DNA of 64,000 nt from Octopus vulgaris. Lineage: Eukaryota. The notes beneath the pieces were generated by a model, which was not told the DNA's origin, did no database searches, and was given only the letters and a program-made list of their open reading frames with translations. How positions within the stretch are numbered: position 1 is the stretch's first letter; every line of letters starts with the position of its first letter. Positions 39,517-52,721 of this stretch are shown here, one piece after another. The stretch lies in assembly GCA_951406725.2 (NCBI GenBank), contig OX597814.1, forward strand, positions 124,806,001 through 124,870,000. The letters run 5' to 3'. The position numbers were made by a program, and so were the translations under genes.

Positions 39517-39765
39517 TATGTGGTGGTATCAAAAAGTTCCTGGACTAGTTTTGTAGCACACCAATAGATGGCAGCACATGCTTGTGTGCACAGTGAGAGC
39601 TAGCAGTGACCTTCATGAAGCAGTGTGCCAAATGACATCGCTGTGTTTACTTTGCAAGTTGTGAAATGTGTGTTTTTGTGATCACATGTATGCTCTAGCC
39701 TGTGATTTTATGATGTACACCAGAAAAAACATCGCATTGAAGTCTGTCAAGATCTCTGTCAGCTA
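39517..39765 (+). mobile_element. Mariner 5' end fragment (TIR plus leader)
   Basis: TGGTGGTATCAAAAAGTTCCTGGACTAGTT..., the reverse complement of 61650-61803. Confidence 0.8.
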
Positions 39766-40185
39766 GACTCCATCCTCTGAATAGTATGTCAGTAGATCAC
39801 ATGATTAACCAACATATGCTAAAGGGCTAATTTTCAGGGGGTGTACAGAAGCAATGAAGTGTCTGGTTCAAGGTCAACATAATCCCCAGTTCAAAAATCA
39901 AAACCATGACCCTGTGATCTGGAGTTCAATCCTCTAACTTCTAAGCTACACACCTTTCACCGTTATCCCTTTCATCAACATTAATATCTGAGCATTACTG
40001 TCTCAAGTCGAAGGACTCATAGAGTTGGTTACCTGGTTCATATCAGGTACAAATGACTGAGATCACAAAACATTCCCACAGATCCTAAGGCTGATCCATT
40101 GCAAGTTTACTTTTTTAACAACTGAGTGAACTGAAGGAGTGTGAAATGGAATCTTTTGCTCAAGAACTCAAATCCACTGCCTGGT

Positions 40186-40565
40186 CCACCACCATCACCA
40201 TCATCATCACCATCAGTACCACCACCTCCAGCATCATCATCACCACCACCACCACCTCCAGCATCATCATCACCACCTCCAGCATCATCACCACCACCAT
40301 CAACAACAACCACCAGCACCACCACCTCCACCTCCAGCATCATCATCACCACCACCACCACCACCACCACCACCTCCAGCATCATCATCACCACCACCAC
40401 CACCTCCAGCATCATCATCACCACCACTACCTCCAGTATCATCACCACCACCACCACCACCACCACCACCACCAACCACCAGCATCACCCCCCCATCATC
40501 ATCACCAGCAGCAGTGCCGCCGCCATCCCCACCACCACCATAACCATCATCATCATCATCATCAC
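40186..40565. repeat. (ACC)n/(ATC)n compound repeat with recurring CCTCCAGCATCATC unit
   Basis: Direct reading. Confidence 0.92.
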
Positions 40566-40898
40566 ACTTAACGTCTATTTTCCATGTTGGCATAGTTGGG
40601 TAGTTTGACAGGAGCTGGTCAGCCATGGAACCGTCCAAACTCTAATTGTCTGTTTTACCATGGTTTCTACAGCTAGACGCCCTTTCTAATGTCAACCACT
40701 TTACAGAGTGTGCTGGGTGCTTTTTATGTGCCACCGGCACAGGTGTATTTATGCAGCGCCAGCACAAGTGCATTTCATGTTGCATCAGCACCTGTAAAGA
40801 GCAAGCATTTATGTATGGATCACAGCGAGTTTTTTCCAGGAATTGAAACCATGATCCTACAATCATGAGCACAACAACCTAACTACTAGGCTACATAC

Positions 40899-41310
40899 CT
40901 ATTTCTTTACTACCCACAAGGGGCTAAAAACAGAGGGGACAACCGAGGACAGACAAACGGATTAAGTCGATTACATCGACCCCAGTGCATAACTGGCACT
41001 TAATTTATTGACCCTGAAAGGATGAAAGGCAAAATCGACCTTGGCGGAATTCAAATTCAGAACGTAACGGTAGACGAAATACCTATTTCTTTACTACTCA
41101 CAAGGGGCTAAACACAGTGGGGACAACCAAGGACAGATAAACGGATTAAGTCAATTACATCGATCCCAGTGCATAACTGGCACTTAATTTATCGACCCCG
41201 AAAGGATGAAAGGCAAAGTCGACCTCCGCGGAATTTGAATTCAGAACATAACGGCAGACGAAATACCGCAAAGCATTTTGCTCAGCATGCTAACGATTCT
41301 GCCAGCTCGC
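40899..41310 (-). mobile_element. Dimeric Nin/Deu-type SINE variant (184-bp unit)
   Basis: CTATTTCTTTACTAC at 40899 and 41083; approximate TSD CTACATAC/CTACATGC. Confidence 0.85.
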
Positions 41311-42431
41311 TACTACATGCCTTTAGATCTAACACTTTGAAGTTAATATAATCACTACCAGTGTCACATTAGACCCATTGACAATTCCTCTGGCTACAAC
41401 ACTTACCTTTAAATCCGTGGCTTTGTGTCCATGTCAGAAATCTTTATTACAAGGTTAAATTTACAACAAAAACTTCTCAGAAAATTATGTTCTCATGTTT
41501 TGGTCTATTGGAATTTCAGAAAATAACAGCCACTAACTTTTCAAATCTGTATATTAAAAAAAATGAGTTGTGTAGGCTGCTGACATCACAGCTTAATCTC
41601 CATGACAACTACAGGTCTGACTTATTCTAAAAAGCAACAGAGTAATGGATGACATTATCTTTTAAACATATTAATTCTGTGTATATATTCTTTAAATTTT
41701 TATTCTAATATAATTTATTTTGTAAAAGTGAAAAGTCTCTAAAAGAATGATAATTTTCAATAATATCTCCATAACTACCATATCATCTTTAGAATAGAGC
41801 AAGTAGGCAACGATAAGTCCATCATCATAAAAAGGGTGATAATTTTGATTGTATTAAATACTTCTCTTCATTCGAACATTACATACAATATTTTTATGGT
41901 GGTTGACTAAAAGTATCATTAATAATAATGAAATCAACCCACCTAAATATCTTAAATCTTTCTCTCTCTCTCTCTCTCGTTCTTGCACTCTCTTTTGCAC
42001 TTCTACTGTAAAAATACACACACACATACAGAATTTATTCTTTTATTTGTTTCAATCAGTTGATTGCGGCCATGCTGGAATGACGCCCTTTAGTCAAACA
42101 AATAAGACCCCAGCACTTATTCTTTTTAAGCCTAATACTTATTCTATGAGTTTCTTTTGCCAAACCACTAAGTTACGGGGACAATGTTGGGTGGGGGGGA
42201 CAAACACAGACACACAAACAGACACACATACGTACACATATATGATGAGCTTCTTTCAGTTTCTGTCTGCCAAATCTACTCACAAGGCTTTGGTCAGCTT
42301 GAAGCTATAGTGGAAGACACTTGCATAAGCTACCACACAGTGAGACTGAACCCAAAACTATGTGGTTGGTAAGCAAGCTACTTATCAGACAGCTACTCTT
42401 GTGCCTATATATATATATATATATATATATA

Positions 42432-43651
42432 TCATCATCATCATCATCATTTAGCGTCCGTTTTCCATGCTAGCATGGGTTGGACGGTTCTGCTGGGGTC
42501 TGTGAAGCCAGAAGGCTTCATCAGGCCCAGTCAAATCTGGCAGTGTTTCTACGGCTGGATGCCCTTCCTAACGCCAACCACTCCGTGAGTGTAGTGGGTG
42601 CTTTTTACGTGCCACCCGCACTGGTGCCAGACAGAGCTGGCAAACGGCCACGAACGGATGGTGCTTTTTATGTGCCACCGGCACGAGGGCCAGGCGAGGC
42701 TGGCAACGGACACGAAACGGGGCGGTGCTGGCAACGGTCGCGAAACGGAAAGTTCTCTTACATGCCACCGGCACTGGTAACACATCTGCAATTTCCATTG
42801 ATCGATTTCCATTGATCGATTTCGATTCTGATCCTCACTTGCCTCAATGGGTCTTCACAAGCAGAGTTTCGACATGCCACCGGCACTGGTAGCACATCCG
42901 CAATTTCCATTGATCGATTTCGATTCTGATCCTCACTTGCCTCAACACGTCTTCACAAGTAGAGTTTTGTGTCCCAAGAAGGGAAGGTATGCATACGTAG
43001 GCTGGCTCCATCCCATGTAGAAGGCCACGGGTTGTGGACTCACTTGTCCTGCCGGGTCTTCTCGCGCACAGCACACTTCCAGAGGTCTCGGTCTCTAGTC
43101 ATTTCCTCAGTGAGACCTAAAGTTCGAAGGTCGTGCTTCACCACCTCGTCCCAGGTTTTCCTGGGTCTGCCTCTTCCACAGGTTCCCTCAACCGCTAGGG
43201 CGTGGCACTTTTTCACACAACTATCTTCATCCATTCTCGCCACATGACCATACCAGCGCAAACGTCTCTCTTGCACACCACAACTGATGCTTCTTAGGTC
43301 CAGCTTTTCTCTCAAGGTACTTACACTCTGCCGAGTGTGAGTACTGACATTACACATCCATCGGAGCATACTGGCTTCATTTCTAGCGAGCTTACGCATA
43401 TCCTCAGCAGTCACGGCCCATGTTTCACTGCCATGTAGCATGGCTGTTCGTACACACGCATCATACAGTCTGCCTTTCACTCTGTGCGAGAGGCCTTTTG
43501 TCACCAGCAGAGGTAAGAGCTCTCTGAACTTTGCCCAAGCTATTCTTACTCTAGCAGTTACACTTTCAGCACACCCGCCCCCGCTGCTGACTTGGTCACC
43601 TAGGTAACGGAAACTATCAACTATTTCTAGTTTTTCTCCCTGGAAAGTGAC

Positions 43652-43653
<2 letters not shown>
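42432..43653 (-). mobile_element. Young 5'-truncated RTE-clade LINE: ORF2 C-terminus (43040-43653), 3' UTR, (GAT)n tail
   Basis: LEIVDSFRYLGD..ARVRIAWAKFREL..VKGRLYDACVRTAMLHGSETW..RRLRWYGHVARM..GRGRPRKTW..DRDLW, uninterrupted; (TA)n on both sides. Confidence 0.96.
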
Positions 43654-43699
<46 letters not shown>

Positions 43700-44257
43700 T
43701 ATATACACAGACATGCAGGAAGTAAATAGACAACTTTAATTTTCAAAATTTCTAATCTAAGCATCTTAATATATTTTCAGCAGTGTAGAATTTACAACGT
43801 AATTATTTTTTTTTCACCCAGTTTCCATTATATTAAACATTTGCAAAGAGTAACCATGCAACACACAAAATATTCAGCAGAACAATCAGATTTTCAAAGA
43901 GGTTGTATTGTTAAGCAATAGTTTTTGTAACCAACAGAAGTAACAGCTCTGAATTTTCTCCATCCTATTAATGGTCGTTGCCAGTGCTGCTGGACTGGCT
44001 CCTGTGCAAGTGGCACATAAAAAACACCACTTGAACATGGCTGTTGCCAGTACCGCCTGACTGGCCCTCATGCCAGTGGCATATAAAAGCACCCACTACA
44101 CTCTCGGAGTGGTCGGCGTTAGGAATGGCATGCAACTGTAGAAACTCTTCCAGATCAGATTGGAGTCTGGTGCAGCCATCGGTTCACCAGTCATCAGTCA
44201 AATCTTCCAACCCATGCCAGCATGGAAAGCGAATGTTAAACGATGATGATGATGATA

Positions 44258-44985
44258 TTCTTATTCTAGCTATCACACTCTCCATGCATCCTCCCCTACT
44301 ACTAATTTGGTCCCCTAGGTGTCAGAAATTATTCCCTACCTATAATGAGTCACCAGGACATCGGAGAGAATCAATTTCCTGAGTTTCTAAAGTTTTTATG
44401 GATCCTGTGCATCTTTCACATACAAAAACTATCTTCTCTGATAACCTTCCTGTTGTTCCACTGCACCTCTTGTGTGTCCTTAGCTTACACTGGGTACACC
44501 ATATGGAATTCCTGTTTACACCTTTCCTACAAATGGAACAGTGCCAGCTTCCTGAAGTGGGTAGGGTCATCTCTGTTTTCTTGCTTATTAGAACCTTAGT
44601 CTTTGCTAAGTTAGCCTTAAGGCATTTAGATTCCTGGGTTTGCTTCCACACCTGGAATTTCTCTTCTAGCTCTGATATGAAATCTGCTATGAGGGCAAGA
44701 TCATCATCATATAGTAGTTCCCAGGGGCTGTCAGTCTTGAATTCTTCTGTTATGGTCTAGAGGACAATGATGATAAAGAGGGGACTGAGGACTGAGCCTT
44801 GATGAACAACTACCTGTACACCAAATTCTTCACTTTACTCATGGTCAATTCTTATCTTACTAGGAGCATCTCTGGACATGGCCTGTACAGCTTTCACCAA
44901 CTACTCATCCACCTCTAACCACCTCAGAGTCCTTCATATTACACAACGGAATACTCTATGATCAACAAATGCCATGCATAATGGA
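44258..44985 (-). mobile_element. Older RTE reverse transcriptase fragment containing a PHD-like Cys/His insert
   Basis: VHQGSVLSPL..PWELLYDDDLAL..LKANLAKTKVL..CSIC..CTQC..HKRC..CERC..HLGDQISS.GGC. Confidence 0.9.
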
Positions 44986-45044
44986 TTATACTAGTATGTA
45001 TGTATATATGTATATATCTATATGAATTATATATACATATATAT

Positions 45045-45460
45045 AGGCATAGGGGTGGCTGTGTGGTAAGTAGCTAGCTTACGAACCAAATGGTTCTGGG
45101 TTCAGTCCCACTGCGTGGCACGTTGGGCAAGTGTCTTCTACTATAGCCTCAGGGCCAACAAAAGCCTTGTGAGTGGATTTGGTGGACAGAAACTGAAAGA
45201 AGCCCGTCGTATATATGTATATGTATATATGTATGTGTATATATATGTTTGTGTGTCTGTGTTTGTTCCTCCAACATCGCTTGACAACAGATGCCGGTAT
45301 GTTTACGTCCCTGTAACTTAGCGGTTCAGCAAAAGAGACTGATTGAATATGTACTAGGCTTACAAAGAATAGGTCCTGTGGTCGATTTGCCCAACTAAAG
45401 GCGGTGCTCCAGCATGGTCACAGTCAAATGAGTTAAACAAGTAAAAAAGAAAAAGAGAAA
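45045..45460 (+). mobile_element. Full-length CORE-type tRNA SINE
   Basis: Same family as 25388-25900. Confidence 0.9.
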
Positions 45461-45461
45461 G

Positions 45462-45496
<35 letters not shown>

Positions 45497-46400
45497 TACA
45501 CATGCACATGAATATACACATACATACATACATACACACACACATATACACATGAATAAACACATACATACATACATACATACATACATACATACATACA
45601 TACATACATACATACATTTGCAAAAATGAATAGAAATGGCTTTTCAGATAATTTCTCAACTTCAGTAATTAGATGTCTATAAGTTTACAAAAGGTGTGCA
45701 TGCTGAGGGCAAGGTAAACTTATAAACATCTTTTGTAAATTTATAAACATCTTTTGTAAATTTATAAACATCTAATTATTAAAGTTGAAAAATTATTAAG
45801 AAAAGCTGTTTCTATTAATTTTTTTCCAAATACATATTACTATACCAAGGACTTTCTATTTCTTATTCTACTATACATCCATCCATCCATCCATACATAC
45901 ATATATACATACATACATACATACATACATACATAATACACACATACATACATACATAATACATACATACATAATACATACATTCATACATACATACATA
46001 CATACATACATACATACATACATACATACATACATACATACATAATACATACATACATACATACATACATACATACATACATACATACATACATACAAAA
46101 TATGGGGGTTTAGTTCACAGATGACCTAAATAACTAGGTATGCTGGGTAAGTGCTGTAGCAGATTACCAGGGCTCCAAGGTCATAGCTGAGATGGGAGTT
46201 ATGGAACCATTGTAGATTTCCGATATAACGGATATATGATTGTTAAAGAGGACAACAAACGTTAAGGCAAGGCAAACATCTCAAGTCATGTACGTTGTTA
46301 TTATTGGTTATTACTATTGGAAAAATAATAATAATGTATATGATTTGAGATGTTTGTCTTACCTTAACGTTTGTTGTCCTTTTTAACAACCATACATACG

Positions 46401-46451
<51 letters not shown>

Positions 46452-46948
46452 GTATATACATATTTATATTTTCTCTTTCTCTTTTTTCTTTTACTTGTTT
46501 TAGTCATTTGACTGTGGTCATGCTGGAGCACCGCCTTTAGTTGAGCAAATCAACCCCAGGACTTATTCTTTGTAAGCCTAGTACTTATTCTATCCATCTC
46601 TTTTGCTGAACCACTAAGTTACAGGGATGTAAACACACCAGCATCGGTAGTCAAGTGATGTTGCAGGAGACAAACACAGACACACAAACATATACACACA
46701 CATAAACACACACTCACACACACACACACATACATATATACATATATATGATGGGCTTCTTTCAGTTTCTGTTTACCAAATCCACTCACAAGGCTTTGGT
46801 CGGCGCGAGACTATAGTAGAAGACACTTGCCCAAGGTGCCATGCAGCCACTCCTATGCGTATATATATATACATATACGTATATATATATTATATATATA
46901 TACTCCTATATATAAATATATGAAATATCTATTTATTTATTTATTTAC

Positions 46949-46983
<35 letters not shown>

Positions 46984-47294
46984 TAGATATTATAGACACA
47001 GTGTAGATTTATGTGTAGGTGTGATTAAAAGGTTCCTTCAGGTTCAGTCTCATATTGTCAGATCAGATTGTTTGTCAATTATACTGACATAATGACTCTC
47101 CCTAGATAGACAAGGAATCTTACAAATCAGATGCAAAAATAAAGTTTATATATATATATATATAAATATGTATCTAAATGGTGTTGAATTTTATACTTCT
47201 GTAAATAATAAATAGAAATATTTTTTATAAGTTTTAAGCTTATGAAAAATATTGTATATATATTCAAGGTACATCACACTGACATCTGAATGGT

Positions 47295-47550
47295 CAACCA
47301 GCTGACTGAAAATGCCTGAGAGACCTGCATGATGTGGATGTAGGAGTCTTCAAAAGAAAACGGGATTGCCTCCTGTCAAGGATTCTAGATGTGCCTACCT
47401 CATGGCAGGAAACACAAACAAGAGCAGCAGCATCAACCTCCCTCATTTACCAAATGCCACATATCAGAGGAGGTTTCAAATAATGGTGAAGCACAGTCAA
47501 TGTTGGTGCCCCAGCATGACCACAACTTTAAAGCTGTAACAATTTAAAGA
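47295..47550 (+). mobile_element. CR1-group LINE 3' end (second family) whose tail resembles the CORE-SINE tail
   Basis: CLRDLHDVDVGVFKRK.D.LLSRI.D.PT....QTRAAAS.SL..Q, then GGTGCCCCAGCATGACCACAAC..GCTGTAACAA. Confidence 0.65.
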
Positions 47551-47561
47551 ACTTGGAGAAT

Positions 47562-47602
<41 letters not shown>

Positions 47603-49249
47603 TACACACACACATATGTATACATACACACACATACACGGTGGCATGTAAAAAGCACCATTCAAGCATGGTCGATGCCAGTACCGCCTGACTGACCCTC
47701 ATACTGGTGGCATGTAAATAGCAACCACTACACTCTCAGAGTGATTGGTGTTAGGAAGGGCATCCAGCTGTAGAAACCTTGCCAGATCAGATTGGAGCCT
47801 GGTGCAGCCTTCTGGTTTGCCAGTCCTCAGTCAATCTGTCCAACTCATGCCATCATGGAAAGCAGATATTACACGGTGACGATTATGATGATGATGATCA
47901 CACACACACACACACATATAAATGCTGAAAGTGGATGGAACTTCTGGAAGTGAGAAACTCAGGAAGATGTGTGATGAAGTGGTGAGGACTGATTTACTGA
48001 TTTTAAGATGATGAGCCTTATTGGAGAGATGGCAAAGAAATAGGATGTTTGGCAATGTAAGTTACTTGAGGAGATGCATCTACCTCAGCAAAACCATGTT
48101 CTGGAAGCACTGCTCTCCAAACACATTACATTAACTCACACACCCTAATGATGAATCAGACAACCTCTCCCCATGACTTCTGCAGCCTATTCCCACCTTA
48201 TAACCTCGCTTGTCATCCCCCCATCCCGTCAACTGTATCAGTATTATCCTGCTGCTATCCACCCCCCATCTGCTCTCTTCTGCATCCCTCTATTCTCTCC
48301 ACCTCATGACTCATCAAGTCTTCACCCTTCAACCCTACCCAACTTCATCTACAATTGTAGGATCCTCCACATCCTCTCATCTCCTGCTTCCCATACAAAC
48401 TTGTGAGGCCCAACGTTCGAAGGTCTTGCTTGACCACCTCATCCCATGTCTTCCTGGGTCTACCTCTACCCCGGATTCCTACAACAGTTTGAGAAGCATT
48501 ATTATATAGGTGATGAAATGGCAGAACTCTTAGAAGACAAAAAGGCCTTGTGGTATTTGTTCAATCCCACCAAGGTGGTCATCATTGTCTTTCAATCATC
48601 TGAGGTTGATAAAAGAATCATTATAGTCTCAGACAAAATACCTTGTTGTATCATATCTGATACCAGCTGTGTATTGAGGTCAATTTATATCGCTATAATC
48701 TATACAATATGTTAATTAGATTCATAGAAGAACATAGAAACAAAAGACAGACTGCACCTACCACCCGCATCATATCCTTACACTTCATTTAAAAATTATT
48801 CATATAATTTAGTATTATCAGTGTTCTATCATATGTTATCAAATGTTATTACATGGTTGTTGTTTTAAGATGTTTGAATCAATATTATTACTTAAGCTTC
48901 AAAGAGATTTTCATTGTAAAAATACAATGACAATAAATTGTATTGAACTGAATTAAATTGAATATGGAATAGTGATTGAGAGATCATAGATGTTCAGTTC
49001 TGAGTATAATTTATAGTAAGGGGAAGTTTTAATCAGGAGGTTTGCTAATACCAAATACAACTGTGTTAGATTCATTGTGATTTTTCTAAAAATCGAGGCC
49101 ATTTATGCGGAAAATAGGAAAAGTTCCAGTGGAGCCAGCTTTCAGAATATCCATTTAATGAGCTTATTTACATACATACATGCAAGCTACACACACACAT
49201 GTGTTTTATTTTATATAATGAATTCGAGCAAGAGTACTCGATATTTGTT

Positions 49250-49672
49250 GTAGGTGCAGGAGTAGCTGTGTGGTAAGTAGCTTGCTTACCAACCACATGG
49301 TTCCAGGTTCAGTCTCACTGTGTGGCACTTGGGGCAAGTGTCTTCTTTTATAGCCTTGGGCCGACCAAATCCTTGTGAGTGGATTTGGTAGATGGAAACT
49401 GAAAGAATCCCATCATATATATGTATATATATATATATATATCTGTGTGTGTGTGTGTGTATTTGTTGTGTATCTGTGTATGTCCTCCCAACATCGCTTG
49501 ACAACCAATGCTGGTGTGTTTAGGTCCCCGTAACTTTGCGGTTCGGCAAAAAAGAGACCAATAGAATAAGTACTAGGCTTACAAAGAATAAGTCCTGGGG
49601 TTGATTTGATTCGACTAAAGGTGGTGCTCCAGCATGGCCGCAGTCAAATGACTGAAACAAGTAAAAGAGAGT
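49250..49672 (+). mobile_element. Full-length CORE-type tRNA SINE
   Basis: Same family as 25388-25900. Confidence 0.9.
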
Positions 49673-50950
49673 TACTACAGAGAAAGAGTTACTCTACCAA
49701 CATGCTTACTTTGAATGACCTAAAGTAAATTATGCCTACTTTTGCATTACATTCAGTACAACCCTCATAAATGTCAACTAAAATGGAAATGTTACCTACA
49801 TCTGGAAAAATAAACTCTTTCAGACTTCTAATTCTTATGAACAATCCTTGGCTTCTAAGATCTCCCATCGGTATACAAATAAGGACCATCACAATTGTCC
49901 ATGTTTTGAAATATGGCTATTCTTTACAGGGAGTCATTTTTTGGTGATTTCCTTTTTTATACATTCAGAATTAACGTCATTATTCTTTGATTAGTTAATA
50001 CTTACAGTCGACTATCACCACCCGAGGGAGCCACTTTATGGTTATTCAACCGGTTAGAAACAGCAAATAAATCTCTGTCTTATCACACTTATTTAAAAAA
50101 AAAATAAAGGACACTCTGAATAATTGATGATGTAACAACTAGTTTCTCAATTTATTGGTTCTTTTTCAGATTCCTGTGTGCCCTACTCTATTATATATCA
50201 AAAGCAGTATAGAATCATTATTGGTAAGTACTATTGTATAGTACTAGACATAAATCAGCTATAGGAATATCTCTAATAAAATTATTAGTAACACCATACG
50301 GTATAATTATCAACATAGTTCTGTTGGTGAAAGTAAATTTCATGTTTATTAAAATTAAGTATGTAAGCCCTTGTGGTTGCAAGTCAAATGATAAACTATA
50401 TACCAGTCTCTAATGGGACCAAGAAGCCTAGACTTAAAGTTGCTGCTTATTCTACTGCTCTGGTCACATAATGAGCAGGAAATATTTTAGGATGATAATA
50501 TAATTCGAGTAGTATTGTTACTTTACTGCAGTATTGATTTAAATGTACTAATATCATTTATCTTTTACTTGTTTCAGTCACTGAGCTGCAACGATGCAGG
50601 GATAGAACATGGAAGAGTTTTAGTTGAACAAACTCACCCTAGTACTTTCCCCTTTTGTAAGTCTCTTTTGTTGCACACACACGCACATGTGTATGTGTAG
50701 AATTAGCAGATGAGATCCAGAGATGCTCAATATAGAAATCAGTTTGTAGTGCTGAAATGATTTGAACATACACTCTTGAACATACACTCAAAATCTGTGG
50801 GTTAAAGAGTGACTGTAAGAGGAATTCAAGTGAGCTGTTAGGAAGATAATGATGCAAATAAACAAATGAAACTGCTTGGGCTACATCATCATATATTAAA
50901 ATATACACTAAAGCTATTTTTATTCTCTCGCTGTTTATTTTCTTGTGTTC

Positions 50951-50986
50951 CTTTCTGTTGAAGAGCATAGGCTTGAAACGTAAAAG
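50951..50986 (+). ncRNA. Minimal type I hammerhead-ribozyme motif (Penelope-type)
   Basis: CTTT-CTGTTGA-A-GAGC(ATAG)GCTT-GAAA-C-GTA-AAAG: stem I CTTT/AAAG, variant core, 4-bp stem II, palindromic ACGT stem III, GUA triplet. Confidence 0.6.
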
Positions 50987-52721
50987 ACTTTCTCACCTCC
51001 CCGAGCATTAAACTAATACACTTGTTTCTTGTTTATACACCTGTCTTCCTCTTTTATTTCTTTTGTAAATCCAACTATATATATATATATACACATATAA
51101 ATAGAGCAAGACAAAGACTGAAGATATTCAGACAATGAACATTCATGTATAAATATATAGACTATTTATATATTAACAGAACAGACTTACACAGAGTACA
51201 AAGCCACAAAAAATTAAAGAGAGAAGATAAGCTGTTTCTGGGGGCTCAGAATTACTTTCTAATTTTGGCAGATGTAGTTTACAAAAAGACAAGGATATGT
51301 AATTAATAATGAAAGCATATAAACATTAGGAAAATCCAGCCTCTGTCTTCAGCGTGGGGAAATAGGTATCTAATATGTATATGTTTTTGTGTGTGTATGT
51401 GTGTGTGTGTGTGTGTGCGTGTATGTGTGTGTGTGTAAATATATTTATACATGCATCCCATGCTGGTGGCACGTAAAAAGCACTCACTACACTCATGGAG
51501 TGGTTGGTGTTAGGAAGGGCATCCAACTGTAGAAACACTACCAGATCAGACTGAAGCCTGGTGCAGCCTCCTCACTTCCCAGACTCTGGTCAAACCATCC
51601 AACCCATGCTAGCATGGAAAACAAATGTTAAACGATGATGATGATAATGATGATGATGATGATGATGACACACACATACACATATAAATACATATATATA
51701 TATAAACACACACACACACATACATATCTATGTACAATGGACGTCCACACAGTTTCTATTGATCAAATTCATCCTCAAGGCAATGGTCAGCCTGTGGCCT
51801 CAGTAGAAGTCACTTTCCCAAAGTGCTACACAGTAGAACTGAAACCAAAACCCTGTGTTTGCCAAGCAAGCTTCTTAACCACACAATAATAAAATTCAAA
51901 ATACTCTTTTAAAAAATTGAACTGCTTAGAAAGAGAATCAAAACCCCACCTTCTAAAGAAGAGAGGAAATGAAAATGTTTAAAATTCATGATTTCCTTGG
52001 CGGCAGTAACAGCAACAAGTGAAGTACATGTAACCAGGAATTGAAAATGAGTTTCTCACTTGGCTGTTTAGTAGCACTTGTTCTCTCCTCAATAAAGCAC
52101 TTAATGGTTCTTAGCGATTGCATTTCCTTTATCTGTTAAGTATTATTATATGTTAACCAAGCAGAACTGTTCAACATGGCTTGTGTAGTTATAAACCAAT
52201 ACAATTCACAGTCTGTATGTTTCATTATTCTTCAACAAGAAACAACGTATTAAAGTTGTATCTTCAGCATAGATAATACTTTACTTCACTCTCTCTCTCT
52301 CACATACATACACATATGTACACACATGCACACACACATACTCATGCATACACACATGCATACACACACACATACGTACACACATGCACACACACATACT
52401 CATGCTTACACACATGCACACACACACACACATACGTACACACATACACACACACATACTCATGCATACACGTATGCACACACACACACACATGCTCATG
52501 TACACACACAATCTTTAATGAAAATAATCAACATCAATCAACTAATAAATTCTACCCTCCCCACCTCACTCTCTTCGTCACCTTTGCATGTGTTCACAAC
52601 ACAAAAAAAGATACTGATGTTTCTCTTGTTCTAACATATTCTTCAGAGACTGGTCAGCAAACTTTAACTTGAGCTGGAAATAGAAAACAAAATATATAAA
52701 TGCAGTAAAAAAAGCAAAAGT

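Noticed and set aside
49710-52132. Two more AG/GT-bounded open segments on the minus strand (52132-52060, IKEMQSLRTIKCFIEERTSATKQP; about 49801-49710, VGNISILVDIYEG...)
   Set aside because: Their phases do not connect to the phase-2 start of exon 33058 without further exons, and such segments arise by chance; recheck with RNA-seq.
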